DNA from: Octopus bimaculoides
Lineage: Eukaryota
Direction: 5' to 3'
Assembly: GCF_001194135.2 (NCBI RefSeq)
Contig: NC_068996.1
Coordinates: 49,429,399-49,472,511 of the forward strand
DNA: 43,113 bases
This document shows, in pieces, positions 10,575 to 22,139 of this stretch. A program made the position numbers and the translations under genes. The stretch's first letter is position 1. Each line of letters starts with the position of its first letter. Below the pieces are notes generated by a model. It had not been told where the DNA came from and ran no database searches. It saw only the letters and a program-made list of their open reading frames with translations.

Positions 10575-10920
10575 ATTGCTGTGTGGGTAAGAAGTTTGTA
10601 TCCTGACCACATGGTTCCAGTTTCAGTTCTTGAGCAAGTGTCTTCTACTATAGCCCTGGGCCAACCAAACAAAGTCTTGTGAATGGATTTGGTTGATGGA
10701 AACTTTAACAAGCCCATCATGTGTGTGTGTGTGCTTGTTTACCCTCCCATTGCTTGACAGTAAGTGTTGGTTTATTTACATCCCTGTAATTTAGTAATTC
10801 AGCAAAAGAAACTGATAGAATAAGTACCAGGCTTTAAAAAAATTGAGTAGTGGGGGTGATTTGTTCGACTAAAACCCTTCACAGTCCACTGACTGAAACA
10901 AGTAAAAGATAAAAGATAAC
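10575..10920 (+). mobile_element. SINE family A
   Basis: gctgtgtgggtaagaag head to gactgaaacaagtaaaagataaaag tail. Confidence 0.8.
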
Positions 10921-10924
10921 CTTA

Positions 10925-11230
10925 TAGCCAGTCTATGTTTAAAAAACTAGTTTTATAGAAACTTCTTTCAAAATTCCTATTTTGGTTTTCACACATCAAC
11001 GCTTGTAGGTTGAACAAAGTAAAATGTTAGAGAAAGAAACCAAGCTGGTTCTTACATCTAAAGCAAGAGTTCTCAACCATTTTTCATCTCTGGACCCCTT
11101 TGGTTACTATTTTATTCTGGTGGACCCCCATAGCTATTCGATGTTCAAAAACTAGTCTTATAGAAACTTCTTCCAAAATTCCTATTTTGATTTTCAAATG
11201 TTCACCTGTGTTGGTTTATAATAGAACTCT
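10925..11230 (+). mobile_element. hAT-like MITE fragments with an internal duplicated block
   Basis: gagttctcaaccattttt...ggacccc resembles a hAT terminus. Block aaaaactagt..tatagaaacttct..caaaattcctattt occurs at about 10940 and 11145. Confidence 0.5.
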
Positions 11231-11254
11231 CCTAGAAGACATGTTTTTATCGAG

Positions 11255-11822
11255 GAGGAAGTTGACTTCAGTGGCATCTGAACTCTGAATGTAAAAAATG
11301 ACAGAATGCCGCTAAGTATTTTGTACAATCTGATAACAATTTTGCCAGCTCACCTTAATAATAATAATAATCTTTTCTACTCTAGGCACAAGGCCTGAAA
11401 TTTTGAGGGAGGGAGCCAGTCGATTAGATCGACCCCTGTATGCAACTGGTACTTATTTTATCGACCCTAAAAAGATGAAAAGCAAGGTTGACCTCAGCAG
11501 AATTTGAACCGAGAATGTGAAGACTGACAAAATGCTACTAAGCATTCTGCCCGGCATGCTAATGATTCTGCCAGCTCACTGCCTTCTTAATAATAATAAT
11601 AATAATAATCTTTTCTACTATAGACACAAGGCCTGAAATCTAGGAGAGGGAGATAGTCAATTACATCAACCCCAGTACTCAACTGGTATTTAATTTATTA
11701 ACCGTGAAAGGATGTAAAGTAAAATCAACCACAGCAGAATTCAAACTCAGAACGTAAAGACAGACAAAATATCGCTAAGCATTCCGCCTGGCATGCTAAA
11801 TATTCTGCCAGTTTGCTGCCTT
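11255..11822 (-). mobile_element. Three tandem SINE family B copies separated by (TAA)n
   Basis: ttgccagctcac/ctgccag heads at about 11345, 11572 and 11810. The bodies repeat. Confidence 0.8.
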
Positions 11823-12143
11823 GGTGATAAAAATGATAATGATGATGATAATAATGAACAGTCCTCTTTCTAAACAGTATCTATAAATTCCCTCATAGGT
11901 TGTATATAAAACATCACACAATTTGTAGTAAAGATTGTTTGACAACATAACATGGCAGTCCTGGTTTAGGACTAATGTTGCTGTAATTTAGCCCCAGGAA
12001 ACATCGTCTCCAGCTGGCTGTATGACACGATGTCTGTCCTCATGTTTTCTATAACACAATTCATCAACTATAAATTTTGTTATTCATTTATTTTGACAGA
12101 TTTAATGATTGAATTTGAAAATAACTATCAGCAACCTCTCTCA

Positions 12144-12201
<58 letters not shown>

Positions 12202-12627
12202 NNNNNNNNNNNNNNNNNNNNNNNNNNNNNNNNNNNNNNNNNNNNNNNNNNNNNNNNNNNNNNNNNNNNNNNNNNNNNNNNNNNNNNNNNNNNNNNNNNN
12301 NNNNNNNNNNNNNNNNNNNNNNNNNNNNNNNNNNNNNNNNNNNNNNNNNNNNNNNNNNNNNNNNNNNNNNNNNNNNNNNNNNNNNNNNNNNNNNNNNNNN
12401 NNNNNNNNNNNNNNNNNNNNNNNNNNNNNNNNNNNNNNNNNNNNNNNNNNNNNNNNNNNNNNNNNNNNNNNNNNNNNNNNNNNNNNNNNNNNNNNNNNNN
12501 NNNNNNNNNNNNNNNNNNNNNNNNNNNNNNNNNNNNNNNNNNNNNNNNNNNNNNNNNNNNNNNNNNNNNNNNNNNNNNNNNNNNNNNNNNNNNNNNNNNN
12601 NNNNNNNNNNNNNNNNNNNNNNNNNNN
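12202..12627. other. Assembly gap (others: 36695-37289, 38816-38934, 41577-41586, 41775-42387)
   Basis: N runs, mostly abutting microsatellites. Confidence 1.
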
Positions 12628-12660
<33 letters not shown>

Positions 12661-12805
12661 GCTTCTTTTTTTTTCTTTTTTTTCTTTTTCACAGATTCAT
12701 GTATCAACTGTAATGATAGAAAAATTTAAATTATCACATCTAAATTCAGTTAGTACATGGATGAGTCTGGCTTCTGACCCAATGTAATTTTTTTTTTTAT
12801 GTTAA

Positions 12806-13135
12806 CCTTTTCGTTACCATATTTCTGTTTTAATTAATTTTGAAACTGATGAAGAATTTAGTAAAATAACACTGTCACTATTAACCCTTTAGCATTTAAA
12901 CCAGTTATATCTGACCAAAATATTCTACCTGTTTTTATGTTCAAACTGGCCAGATCCAGCTTCTCACACCTACCCTACAGTGTCATTTTAGGAATATACA
13001 AGTTTCAAAGCTATGAGATAATGCAGGATTAATTCAAAACAATGCAAATAAAATAATCTTTACATTTGACAGAGTAATCTGAACACTGGAAGAGTTAAGT
13101 TTGTTGCTCAGAACATAAAGTATAATTTTAATGGG
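12806..13135 (+). mobile_element. piggyBac-type MITE family B interrupted by MITE family A (12885-13094, minus)
   Basis: B starts ttaa-ccttttcgttaccat. A is flanked by TTAA at 12881-12884 and 13095-13098. B resumes with ...cagaacataaa. Confidence 0.8.
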
Positions 13136-13142
13136 ACAGTTT

Positions 13143-13325
13143 ATCATCATCATCATCATCGTTTAACGTCCGCTTTCCATGCTAGCATGGGTTGGACGAT
13201 TTGACTGAGGACTGGTGGACCAGGATGCGACACCAGGCTCCAATCTGATTTGGCAGAGTTTCTACGGCTGGATGCCCTTCCTAACGCCAACCACTCTGAG
13301 AGTGTAGTGGGTGCTTTTACGTGCC
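13143..13325 (-). mobile_element. SINE family C
   Basis: (CAT)n gtttaacgtccgctttccatgctagcatggg... Confidence 0.85.
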
Positions 13326-13744
13326 GAAAACCAAGGAGATTCTCAGGTAGACTGGTGTAAAAGAAAAAAGGTTGAACAGGATCACTAATTGACTGAGGTT
13401 CATTCTACCAACAGTTCCTCTCTTTCTCTCTGTTCACTCTCCCCAGAAATATTGGTTATGCATCTGAAAAAGAAATAAATTTCTGGTTTTAGCCCAACGC
13501 CTACTGTTTTCTGGGGTGAGGAGGTTAGTCAATACTATCAATCCCCAGTATTTGACTGGTACTTTGTTTCATTGATCTTGAAAGAATGAACGACATTTTT
13601 GACTTTGGTAGGATCTGAACTTGGAATGTAGAGAGCTTAGTTAAATACCATAAGAAATTTTGTCTGAGAATCTAACAATTCTACCAACCCACCATCCTTA
13701 TAATGGTTTTGAATTTAGGCATGAGGAAGAAATAAATATAGGTG

Positions 13745-14110
13745 CATGTATGGCTGTGTGGTAAGAAGTTTGTTTTCCAACCACATGGTTCTGGGATCAG
13801 TCCCACTGCACGGTACCTTGGGCAAGTGTCTTCTATAGCCTTGGCTCACCCACAGCCTTGTAAGTGAACTTGGTAGATGGAAACTGAATGAAGCCCATTG
13901 TATGTATGTGTATATGTCTTTGAATCTGCATTGGTTACCCACCACTGCTTGACAGTGGTATTGGTGTGTTTATGGTACTTAACTTTTTTTTAAAGCCTGG
14001 TATTTATTCTATCAGTATCTTTTGCTAAACCACTAAGTACCAGGGTTGATTCATTCAAATGAAAATTCTTCAAGGTCGCAGTCTAATGAGTGAAATAAGT
14101 AAATTATAAA
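13745..14110 (+). mobile_element. SINE family A
   Basis: tggctgtgtggtaagaagtttg...ccttgggcaagtgtcttct. Confidence 0.8.
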
Positions 14111-14270
14111 AGATAAGATAGAATGAAGTGATGGAAACATAAAAATAAATGAGATGCAAACATCTCAAAGTGACATCATGAAGTAGAATTCATCTTCACG
14201 ATCACTCAATCAATATGACTCTTGTATTTGAAAAATATATCGCCATACGAAGAAAGTCTGTTTCTTATTT

Positions 14271-14485
14271 TAACCATTCAGCATTCAGATTACTCTTATC
14301 AAATGTAATGTTCATTCATTCACATTGTTTTGAATTAACCATGCGTCATCTTGTAGCTTTGAGATTTTGATGATGCATTTGTTTACTTTTGGAATGACAT
14401 TGTAGGGTAGTTGTAAGAGGCCTGATCTGGTCAGTTTGAACACAAAACATGTAGAATATGGCTGGTTTGAATGCTAAAGTGTTAT
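14271..14485 (+). mobile_element. piggyBac-type MITE family A
   Basis: ttaaccattcagcattcagattactc ... gaatgctaaagtgtta. Confidence 0.8.
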
Positions 14486-14658
14486 TTATCTCAAAATATG
14501 ATTGCTACTGTTCACCCTCTCTAATGGCTATTAAAAACAAATGAGGGAGACTCCCCACTGAGTATTCATGTATTCAATGAGAAGTGAACCTAGATCGCAT
14601 TGTTGAAGTCTCTATCAATGCATTAAGGATACCCAAACTGATTCAGTTGTCATTTTAA

Positions 14659-14891
14659 CCCTTTTTGGTACCAACCCACCTAAGTCTGCCCCTGGTCCTA
14701 TAGTGCAAAGTTCATGTTTTAAAATAATCAAAATATAAAGCTTTCATTAAAATTTTGTTAATTCATGTTAATTTATGTTAATGACAACCAGCTTAAATAG
14801 TGGCAGTGTTATTTTACTAAATTCTTCATTAATTTCCAAATTAATTAAAGCAAAGGTGGTGCATTTCAGCGGAAATATGGTAACAATAGGG
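14659..14891 (-). mobile_element. piggyBac-type MITE family B
   Basis: TTAA-ccctttttggtacc ... ggtaacaataggg-TTAA. Confidence 0.8.
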
Positions 14892-14974
14892 TTAATTTTT
14901 GTAATTGAAAAAATTATATATTTTAAAAATCCACCATCCGCCATCGTTTGGTGCTGCAATGCACAAATTGATTA

Positions 14975-14984
14975 CTGACCTAGT

Positions 14985-15023
<39 letters not shown>

Positions 15024-15415
15024 TTCCTTTATCTTTGTCTCCTCTCCCTCTCTTTCCCCCTCCCCTCTCTCCTTCCTCTCTCTCTTTCTCTTTTCTCTCC
15101 TTTTTCTTTCTCTTCTATCTCTCTGTCTCCTCTCTCTCTCTCTTCTTTTGCTTTCCCATCTCTCTCTTTCTCCCTTCTCTCTTTTATCTTTGTCTCCTCT
15201 CCCTATCTCTTTTTCTCTCCTCTCTCCTCTCTCTTTTCTCCTTTCTCTTCTATTTCTCTGTCTCCTCTCTCCCTCTCTCTTTCTTCTTTCCGTTTCCCCC
15301 TCTCTCCACCTCTTTTTCTCCTACCACTCGCTCCCCCTCTCTCTCTTTCTTCTCCCCCCTCCCGCTCTCCACTCTTTTTCTCCTACCCACTCTCTCTCAC
15401 CCTAACCCTCTCTTT
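14975..15415. repeat. Compound degenerate (CT)n polypyrimidine tract, about 440 bp
   Basis: Almost purine-free + strand. It produces the spurious Leu/Ser ORFs 14905 and 15035. Confidence 0.95.
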
Positions 15416-15914
15416 TGTCAGGCTGATGACAATCTACTTCCCAAATTCCACATGAGCCACTTGAAAAAACAGAAGCAGTATCAGTCTAGCTGTTCACAGT
15501 AAAAAGTTTATATATTACAGCACTTATGTTAATTGGTATATTGATGTCATGTTAATGGTTATGTCAACATAAGAAAAGCAACAAAAAAAAAAAAAACTTG
15601 TGAAATCAAACAAAAAACAATAAACCAAGACAAACAAAAAAACATGAATTGGATAAGAAAAATATTAGTGTTGCTCATAGCTTCAAATTAAACGATAATA
15701 ACAATAATGGTCTCCAAAAATGAACTTTAAACCAATATTTGTCCGTTTCTGGTAATATACCATATTCTCCAAACTAAGTAGCATTATCCTATAGTTGAAA
15801 TATGCCTCATAAATCCATCTCATACGTGTATGTATATATATAATATATGTGTGTATATATACAATATGTATGTATGAGTGCATATAATGCTTGTTTTTAT
15901 GTTCAGTTATAATA

Positions 15915-16355
15915 AAAGCATATTATTATATTTTGGGATGGTCATTTTTTTTTTTTATTTGTTTTCAACAAATAAACACATACACTATATAGTCATTCTT
16001 CACTTCAAATTTATTTTATTAATGTTCTTATTTTATGTCATTTGTCTGGAAATCTTTCGTCACACATTGTGTGACCTTTTCAGCAACTCTCCCACATGTC
16101 TCCTCCCGTTTTGTTTAGAATGGACTGAACAGAACAGGAGTAGACACATGGGATGGAGAGTCGTAGAAGAGGTCACAGAACGTGTGACAAAAGTTTTCCA
16201 GACAAATGACATAAAATACAAACTAATAAAGCTAAAGAAGTGAAGAATGAATATATAGTACATGTATTTTATAGTACCTGTGTTTTATAGTGCATGTGTT
16301 TATTTGACAAAAAAATTTTTTTTTTTTTAATGACCATCACAAAATATAACAATAT
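15915..16355. repeat. Long imperfect palindrome (fold-back), about 200-bp arms, loop near 16117-16127
   Basis: 24-bp perfect block tattttatgtcatttgtctggaaa / tttccagacaaatgacataaaata, plus many further paired blocks. Confidence 0.9.
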
Positions 16356-16473
16356 CTGTTTCAACATATAGTTTCACATCAGGAATCTTGCAAAACAAAT
16401 ACATAAAAATGTAATAAAAACAATTTTACATTAATCTGATGAGCTACTCAGTACTTTTGTAGAGTATAAATTT

Positions 16474-16619
16474 ATTATTTTTAAACAAGAATATTGTTGA
16501 CAGTGACTTCAACAGAGACAGTATAAAGCCAAGATTAACTTCAGTGCATCACAGTCCAAATGGCTTAACTTGCCAAAATTTCAAAGTCACTGTCAATAAT
16601 ATTTTTGTTTAATAATAAT
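16474..16619. repeat. Inverted repeat, 36-bp arms
   Basis: attatttttaaacaagaatattgttgacagtgactt vs aagtcactgtcaataatatttttgtttaataataat (33/36 complementary). Confidence 0.85.
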
Positions 16620-16857
16620 AATAATAATAATAATAATTAAACAGGAGAGTGGAAATTTTTTGGAAGTTATTTATTCTCCATTACACATGTTTCATTTGCT
16701 AAGAGAATCAGAAAGATTTGCATGTTTGATAGACATGTAAGGAATTTCCTATTAGAAAACTGTCAGATAGAGAAAAAAAATTATAATTTATAATATATCT
16801 TAACTGGCTAAAATTTCAAAGTCCATTGTCAATGATATTTTTAATAATAATAATATA

Positions 16858-17120
16858 TATCATCATCAACATTGTTTAACGTCTGCTTTCCATGCTGGCA
16901 TGGGTTGGACGGTTTGACTGAGGACTGGTGAACCAGATGGCTGCACCAGGCCCCAATCTGATCTGGTAATGTTTCTACAGCTGTATACCCTTCCTAACAC
17001 CAACCACTTCGAGAGTGTAATGGGTGCTATTTACATGCCACTGGCACAGGCACCAGTCAGGGAAACTGGTATCAACCATGTTCGGGAAACCAGTCAGGCA
17101 GAACTGGCATCAACAAGTTG
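16858..17120 (-). mobile_element. SINE family C
   Basis: tttaacgtctgctttccatgctggcatgggttggacgg... Confidence 0.8.
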
Positions 17121-17140
17121 GTCAAACAAAAAAACTTTAA

Positions 17141-17347
17141 CCCTTTTGTTACCACATTTTTGCTGAAATACACTGTATTTCAATTAATTTTGAAAATAAT
17201 GAATTTATTGAAATAACTTTGTCTTTATTAATCTGGTGTTTGGAAATAAATTAACATGAAATCTTGAAAGAAGGTTTTAATTTAGATTTAGATGAAGTCT
17301 GTATGATAGATCTAGGGGTTGTCTCAGGTGAGTTGGTATCAAAAGGG
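17141..17347 (+). mobile_element. piggyBac-type MITE family B, full length
   Basis: TTAA-cccttttgttacca ... tggtatcaaaaggg-TTAA (13/14 TIR match). A second partial copy lies at about 17585-17800. Confidence 0.85.
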
Positions 17348-18459
17348 TTAAATGGTCACAAGAGACCTGCTCAATATAAGAGAATTCTATTTGAGATGGT
17401 AGAATCAGTGGAAACATCAGTATTACAGTTTTTAATTCTATTCCTCTGCATTCCAATTTGGCCCTGGCTGCTGCTGTTTAGCAATCCTGATGAAAGACAT
17501 TCCATCTGGGAACATTTCATGTTTTTCCCAAGTAGAAATTACGTGTTGTATTTTAGTAATTCTTTTATAATCATATTTTTCTTGAAATACATTGTCATTG
17601 GTTCAATCAGTTTTGAAAATAATGAAGAATTTAGTAAAATAACTTTGTCATTATTAAGATTTGGAACTTTGTCATTATATGAGATTTGGAACTTAAATTA
17701 ATCTGAATTTTTGAAGTAAGGTTTTAATTTAGATATTTTAAAACAGGAAGATTGTATTATAGACCCAGAGGTGGACTCAGATTGGTTGGTATCAAAAATC
17801 TAAACTGGTAGAGTGTGGTCTGATAGTGATTGTGCCACCGTTTCTAAGATTGAACGACTACACAAGGTTATGTCTTTGGTTTGTTCTAAGAGGGTAGGTT
17901 GAACTGATGAAGACCTTGAGTTTCTGATAGGAAAAAAATAATAAATAAAAACTGGTTTACCCCCATGGGATCTAACTACAGATAAATGAAAGCCTGAAGG
18001 GAAATTGTCATATAATAATGGTTGGAATCTGATACAGACAAATGATACACAGAAATATCATGCAGAACATTGCAGAGCTCAAATCTTGCCAAATATGCAC
18101 CAGTTACTGTATTTAATTGACTAAAATATAATCTTTTATGCAGAATTTGGCCTTGTTTCAAAACAGTTTCTCAAGTGAGAAATCAGACTCCACATTCATA
18201 AACAATTAGTTGAAGTATTAAATTAGTTTCTTAGCTTTGTTTATATTATCGCTACAAATGCTAAACCCCCACCAACTCTGACAGTCTCTTCTAAGAATTG
18301 CACATCCTCAACATGGCAAAGACTTCAGAACCGGAAAATACTTTAAAATCTTCTGCAACAATAATAACAATAATTCTTTACAAAATTCAGATGAAACTCA
18401 CAATGGCGTACTGCTCTCACACAAGGAATAGAGCTACTACTATACCTTTATTTGTCTGA

Positions 18460-18770
18460 ACAGCTATTTACTGTCTTTCTATCTTGATCTATTTGTCTGT
18501 CAACCTGTCTGTCTTTCAATTCCTCTTTGTTGATCTGTCTCTCTTTATCTACATGTCTGTTTGTCTATCTGTCTGAGTAGCTATCTCTCTGTTTCTGTTG
18601 ATCTATTTGACTATCTGTCTATCTATCTATCTGTCCATCTGCCTACCTATTTGTTTGTCTATCTGTCACCAAGTATGTCTCTCAATCTGGCTATCTGTTT
18701 TTCTATTCATCTGCCTATCAGCTTGTCTGCATGTCTGTTTCTGTTTATTAGTATAACTGTTTATTTGTCT
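18460..18770. repeat. Degenerate (CTAT/CTGT)n tetranucleotide tract
   Basis: Direct inspection. Confidence 0.85.
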
Positions 18771-18775
18771 GTGTA

Positions 18776-19603
18776 CAAAGAGGCACCCAAAAGTAACCAG
18801 AAACATTCTCAGTGAGACAAGCCCATTGTAATTCAGGTTTCCACTGCTAGAAGCCACTTGATGCAACCCTCAGGCATCAGTCTGCCAAACCAGTGGCATC
18901 AGGTGGAGTGCTTCTCCCCTGTTCATCGATTTTTGCAATGGTTGAAATGAAGGAACAGCGTACTTCCATGAGATTCTGTTTTCTGCTGGGGAAAACAGTG
19001 GCCAAAACAGTTGTCATGCTTCAAACAGCTTACAAGGACATTGCCATAAGCAAAACACAAGTTTATGAGTGGTTTCCATTCTTTAGGAATGGTCACTTGT
19101 CGCTTCAGAACCAACCTCGTTCAGGGCCACCATCAACCTCCTGAACGAATGAAAACATCCCAAAATTTCATGAACTGATTTTGGAGGACCATCACTGAAC
19201 AATTGACAAACTTGTTGATATGACTAGTGTGTTCTGGATCTCTTGTAAACGATTTTTGAGTGAGGAATTGTGAATGAAAAGAGTTGCAGCAAAATTTGTC
19301 TCACTTGCTCATGAAAGGTCAAAAGCAGTCATGACTGAATGCATGTTGTGAACTGAAAGAACAGTTGGAAATTGATCCAGACATTTTTTCGAAGGTCATC
19401 AGTAGTGACAAAGCTGGTGGTACAGAATCTGCAGATGTAGAAGAGGTGAAGAAAAAACAACGATGACATTAAAGGCATCACTTTGCAAGCGTTCCAGAAC
19501 TGCTTCAAATGGAGAATACTATGAAGGTGATAAAAATGTAAACTTAAAACTGAGTGAATAAAATAAAATTACAAAATTCTGGTTTCTTTTGGATACCACC
19601 TTG
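18776..19603 (+). mobile_element. Internally deleted mariner-family DNA transposon
   Basis: TIRs caaagaggcacccaaaagtaaccagaa / ttctggtttcttttggataccaccttg, with TA at the left. HTH region MKEQRTSMRFCFLLGKT...KTQVYEWF...QPRSGPPSTS, then stops. Confidence 0.9.
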
Positions 19604-19642
19604 TGTCTGTTAGTCTCTCTCTCTCACTCTCTCTCTCTCTCA

Positions 19643-19674
<32 letters not shown>

Positions 19675-20059
19675 GTCTGTCTATATCTATTTCTGTGTCT
19701 GTCTCTCTATCAGCAGAGAAAACATTGTCTAATTCTCTTACAAGCTTACATCTGATGAATAATAAAACATCCTAAACTACATTTAAAAAGGAAAACCAAG
19801 AGTGAGGAGCACCTAATTGAATTAACTATGAAGCCTCTTACTAACATTCCCCAGGCCTTGTCACCTCTTGTCTTTTCTAATACAATTACTGTTCAGTGGC
19901 CTCTGCTCCTGAAAGTTGTCTTGACTTCATGCCAGCTCTTCCCTGACATTCCCTATCTACTTATCTCTCCACTTCTTGCCAGGCCATGTTTTTTTCCCAC
20001 TGGCTTCTCCCCCTCCCCCTCCACACATCACCATCACCACTCATGGTCATGCACCACCC

Positions 20060-20310
20060 ACTTTAGCTTTTACTTGTTTCACTCTTTGGACTGTGGCCAT
20101 GCTGGGGCACCATGTTGAAGGGTTTGATCAAACAAATCAACCCTAGTGCATTTTTTTTTAAGCCTGGTGTTTACTCCGTTAGTCCCTTTTGCCAAATCAT
20201 TAAGTTATGTGAATGTAAACAAATTGACACCAGTTGTCAAGCAGCGGTGGGAGGTAAACACAGTGTACTGGGCACTTTTTATGTGGCACCAGCACCAGTG
20301 GGGTTTCCAA
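20060..20310 (-). mobile_element. SINE family A-related tail
   Basis: cttttacttgtttca...ggactgtggccatgctggggcacc. Confidence 0.7.
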
Positions 20311-20789
20311 GTAATTTGCAATACAGGAAAGGACAGGGAAAGGGGAAAGGCTCTTTTGATTAAGTGATGGTGGGTAGGGGGTATTCAAGGGGGAGGGGAG
20401 GGGATTTTTATGCAAGAGATAAGCAGGTGCCTAGTATATGATTAATATTTCTTCTGGAAATGTCCTATTCAGTGGGGAAAATCCATCTACTAAACTAATT
20501 TTTTTTTAAAGCGACACATGCAATCCATGAAAGCACTTACATCTTTTTTTGTTTTGTTTTTTGTGTTGTTTTTTTTTTGTTTTTGTTTTTTTGTAATTAG
20601 TCTAAGAATGGAGATTTGAGTATTTGTATTTCTGTTAATTGAAAGAAACAATCCAGCATAGATTTATTCTAATAATAAATATGTCCTTTTTTCACCTTAT
20701 ACTCACACTTCATCCATCTTACATGTACTGTCTAATGGCCATAAAAACTATCTGAGTTATATATAACCTGGAAACATGTCACACAATAT

Positions 20790-21230
20790 CGTCATAATCC
20801 ATACCACAGTTATCCACCACACTAAGACACATTAGATTTATAATTCTATAATCTATTCCATTACATATATCTGTAACCTAAGCTTCAGTTATCCACTATG
20901 CTGATTTACTATGACAGATTATCTATAATCTCTCTCAATTATCCATGAAGCCCTTTCTTAAGACATAGCAGACTTATAACCTTCACATCAGTCTACCGCT
21001 ATGATCTCTCTGACACGTTATACCTATAGTCATCTACTATAACCATCTCATACATTATTACCATCTCCTATGGTACATCATATCCATTACCAACTCTTCA
21101 TTCATCTACTATGACCATCTCTATGATACCTCATATCTATAACATACTTCAGTAGTCATTCCGCTATAACTCTCTCCTAAGACACATCATATCTGTAACA
21201 TCATACATAACCATTCCATGGCACTTTGTC
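20790..21230. repeat. Highly degenerate G-poor minisatellite (units about 45-60 bp)
   Basis: Recurrent cagttatccac / catctactat(g/a)ac and taagacacat..tatctataac motifs. Confidence 0.6.
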
Positions 21231-21718
21231 ATTCAATTCTTATACCTCACGATAACATCCATTGACAATCAACTTTAGTAGTCTCCTTTACTCCAGTGTA
21301 TTACCTAATATTACCTTTCAGCACTTATTTCATCCATTCTTCCTTATCTACTTCAACCGATTCCATTGTTGAATCACGCAAAGTCACACTGATCAATAAA
21401 GTATAAAATTAACCGTATCTAGGGCTTTCTTTCTTTCTTTCTTTCTTTTTTTGTGAGAAGCTAATGGCTTAAGAAAGAAAAAAAACAAAAAAGAGTTAAA
21501 GGTTTCATTGTCTCCTCTAGCTGTAACACTGTTTTATTCCATTGCTTAAAAGCATTTTATTCAAACAAAAATAGGTCAGAACTGCAACCACTACAAAGTT
21601 GGTTGTTGTGTCTTGCAAATGATTACAATCATTTTCCAAAGACTTCTCCACTTATTTGTTTATTTCTTTACTCTTAAACACACACAAACACACACATGAA
21701 TATAAAAATCCATGTCTG

Positions 21719-21773
<55 letters not shown>

Positions 21774-22071
21774 TTCTGTGTTAGATATGAAGTGAGTTAT
21801 ATAACTCTTATCATAATCACTCATTGTCATATTAATTGTGGGATTGCTTGGTATCTCATTGATGTTTTTCTGGTTTATATATTTTTTTGTTTTTGTTTTT
21901 GTATTCTTTGCTTTGCCGTACTCTACTAGGCATATATCAATGTCAGATCACTATATGGCAATTTTCTTTCCTTCTTTTTCTTTCATGTCATAAACCGTTA
22001 TAGTTCAGTGCTTACATGATTGATTTTTCTACACAATTTGTAGCAACATTTATTTTGTTTCGTTTCACATT

Positions 22072-22139
<68 letters not shown>

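Noticed and set aside
12030-12729. Long ORFs containing X (also 36682, 38783, 41739-42575)
   Set aside because: Artefacts of N gaps and microsatellites.
14905-15502. Leu/Ser-rich membrane-protein-like ORFs
   Set aside because: They are translations of the CT tract.
18250-18450. Protein-like sequence (HGKDFRTGKYFKIFCNNNNN...)
   Set aside because: All frames close within about 50 codons, and I found no acceptor/donor pair or recognisable motif.
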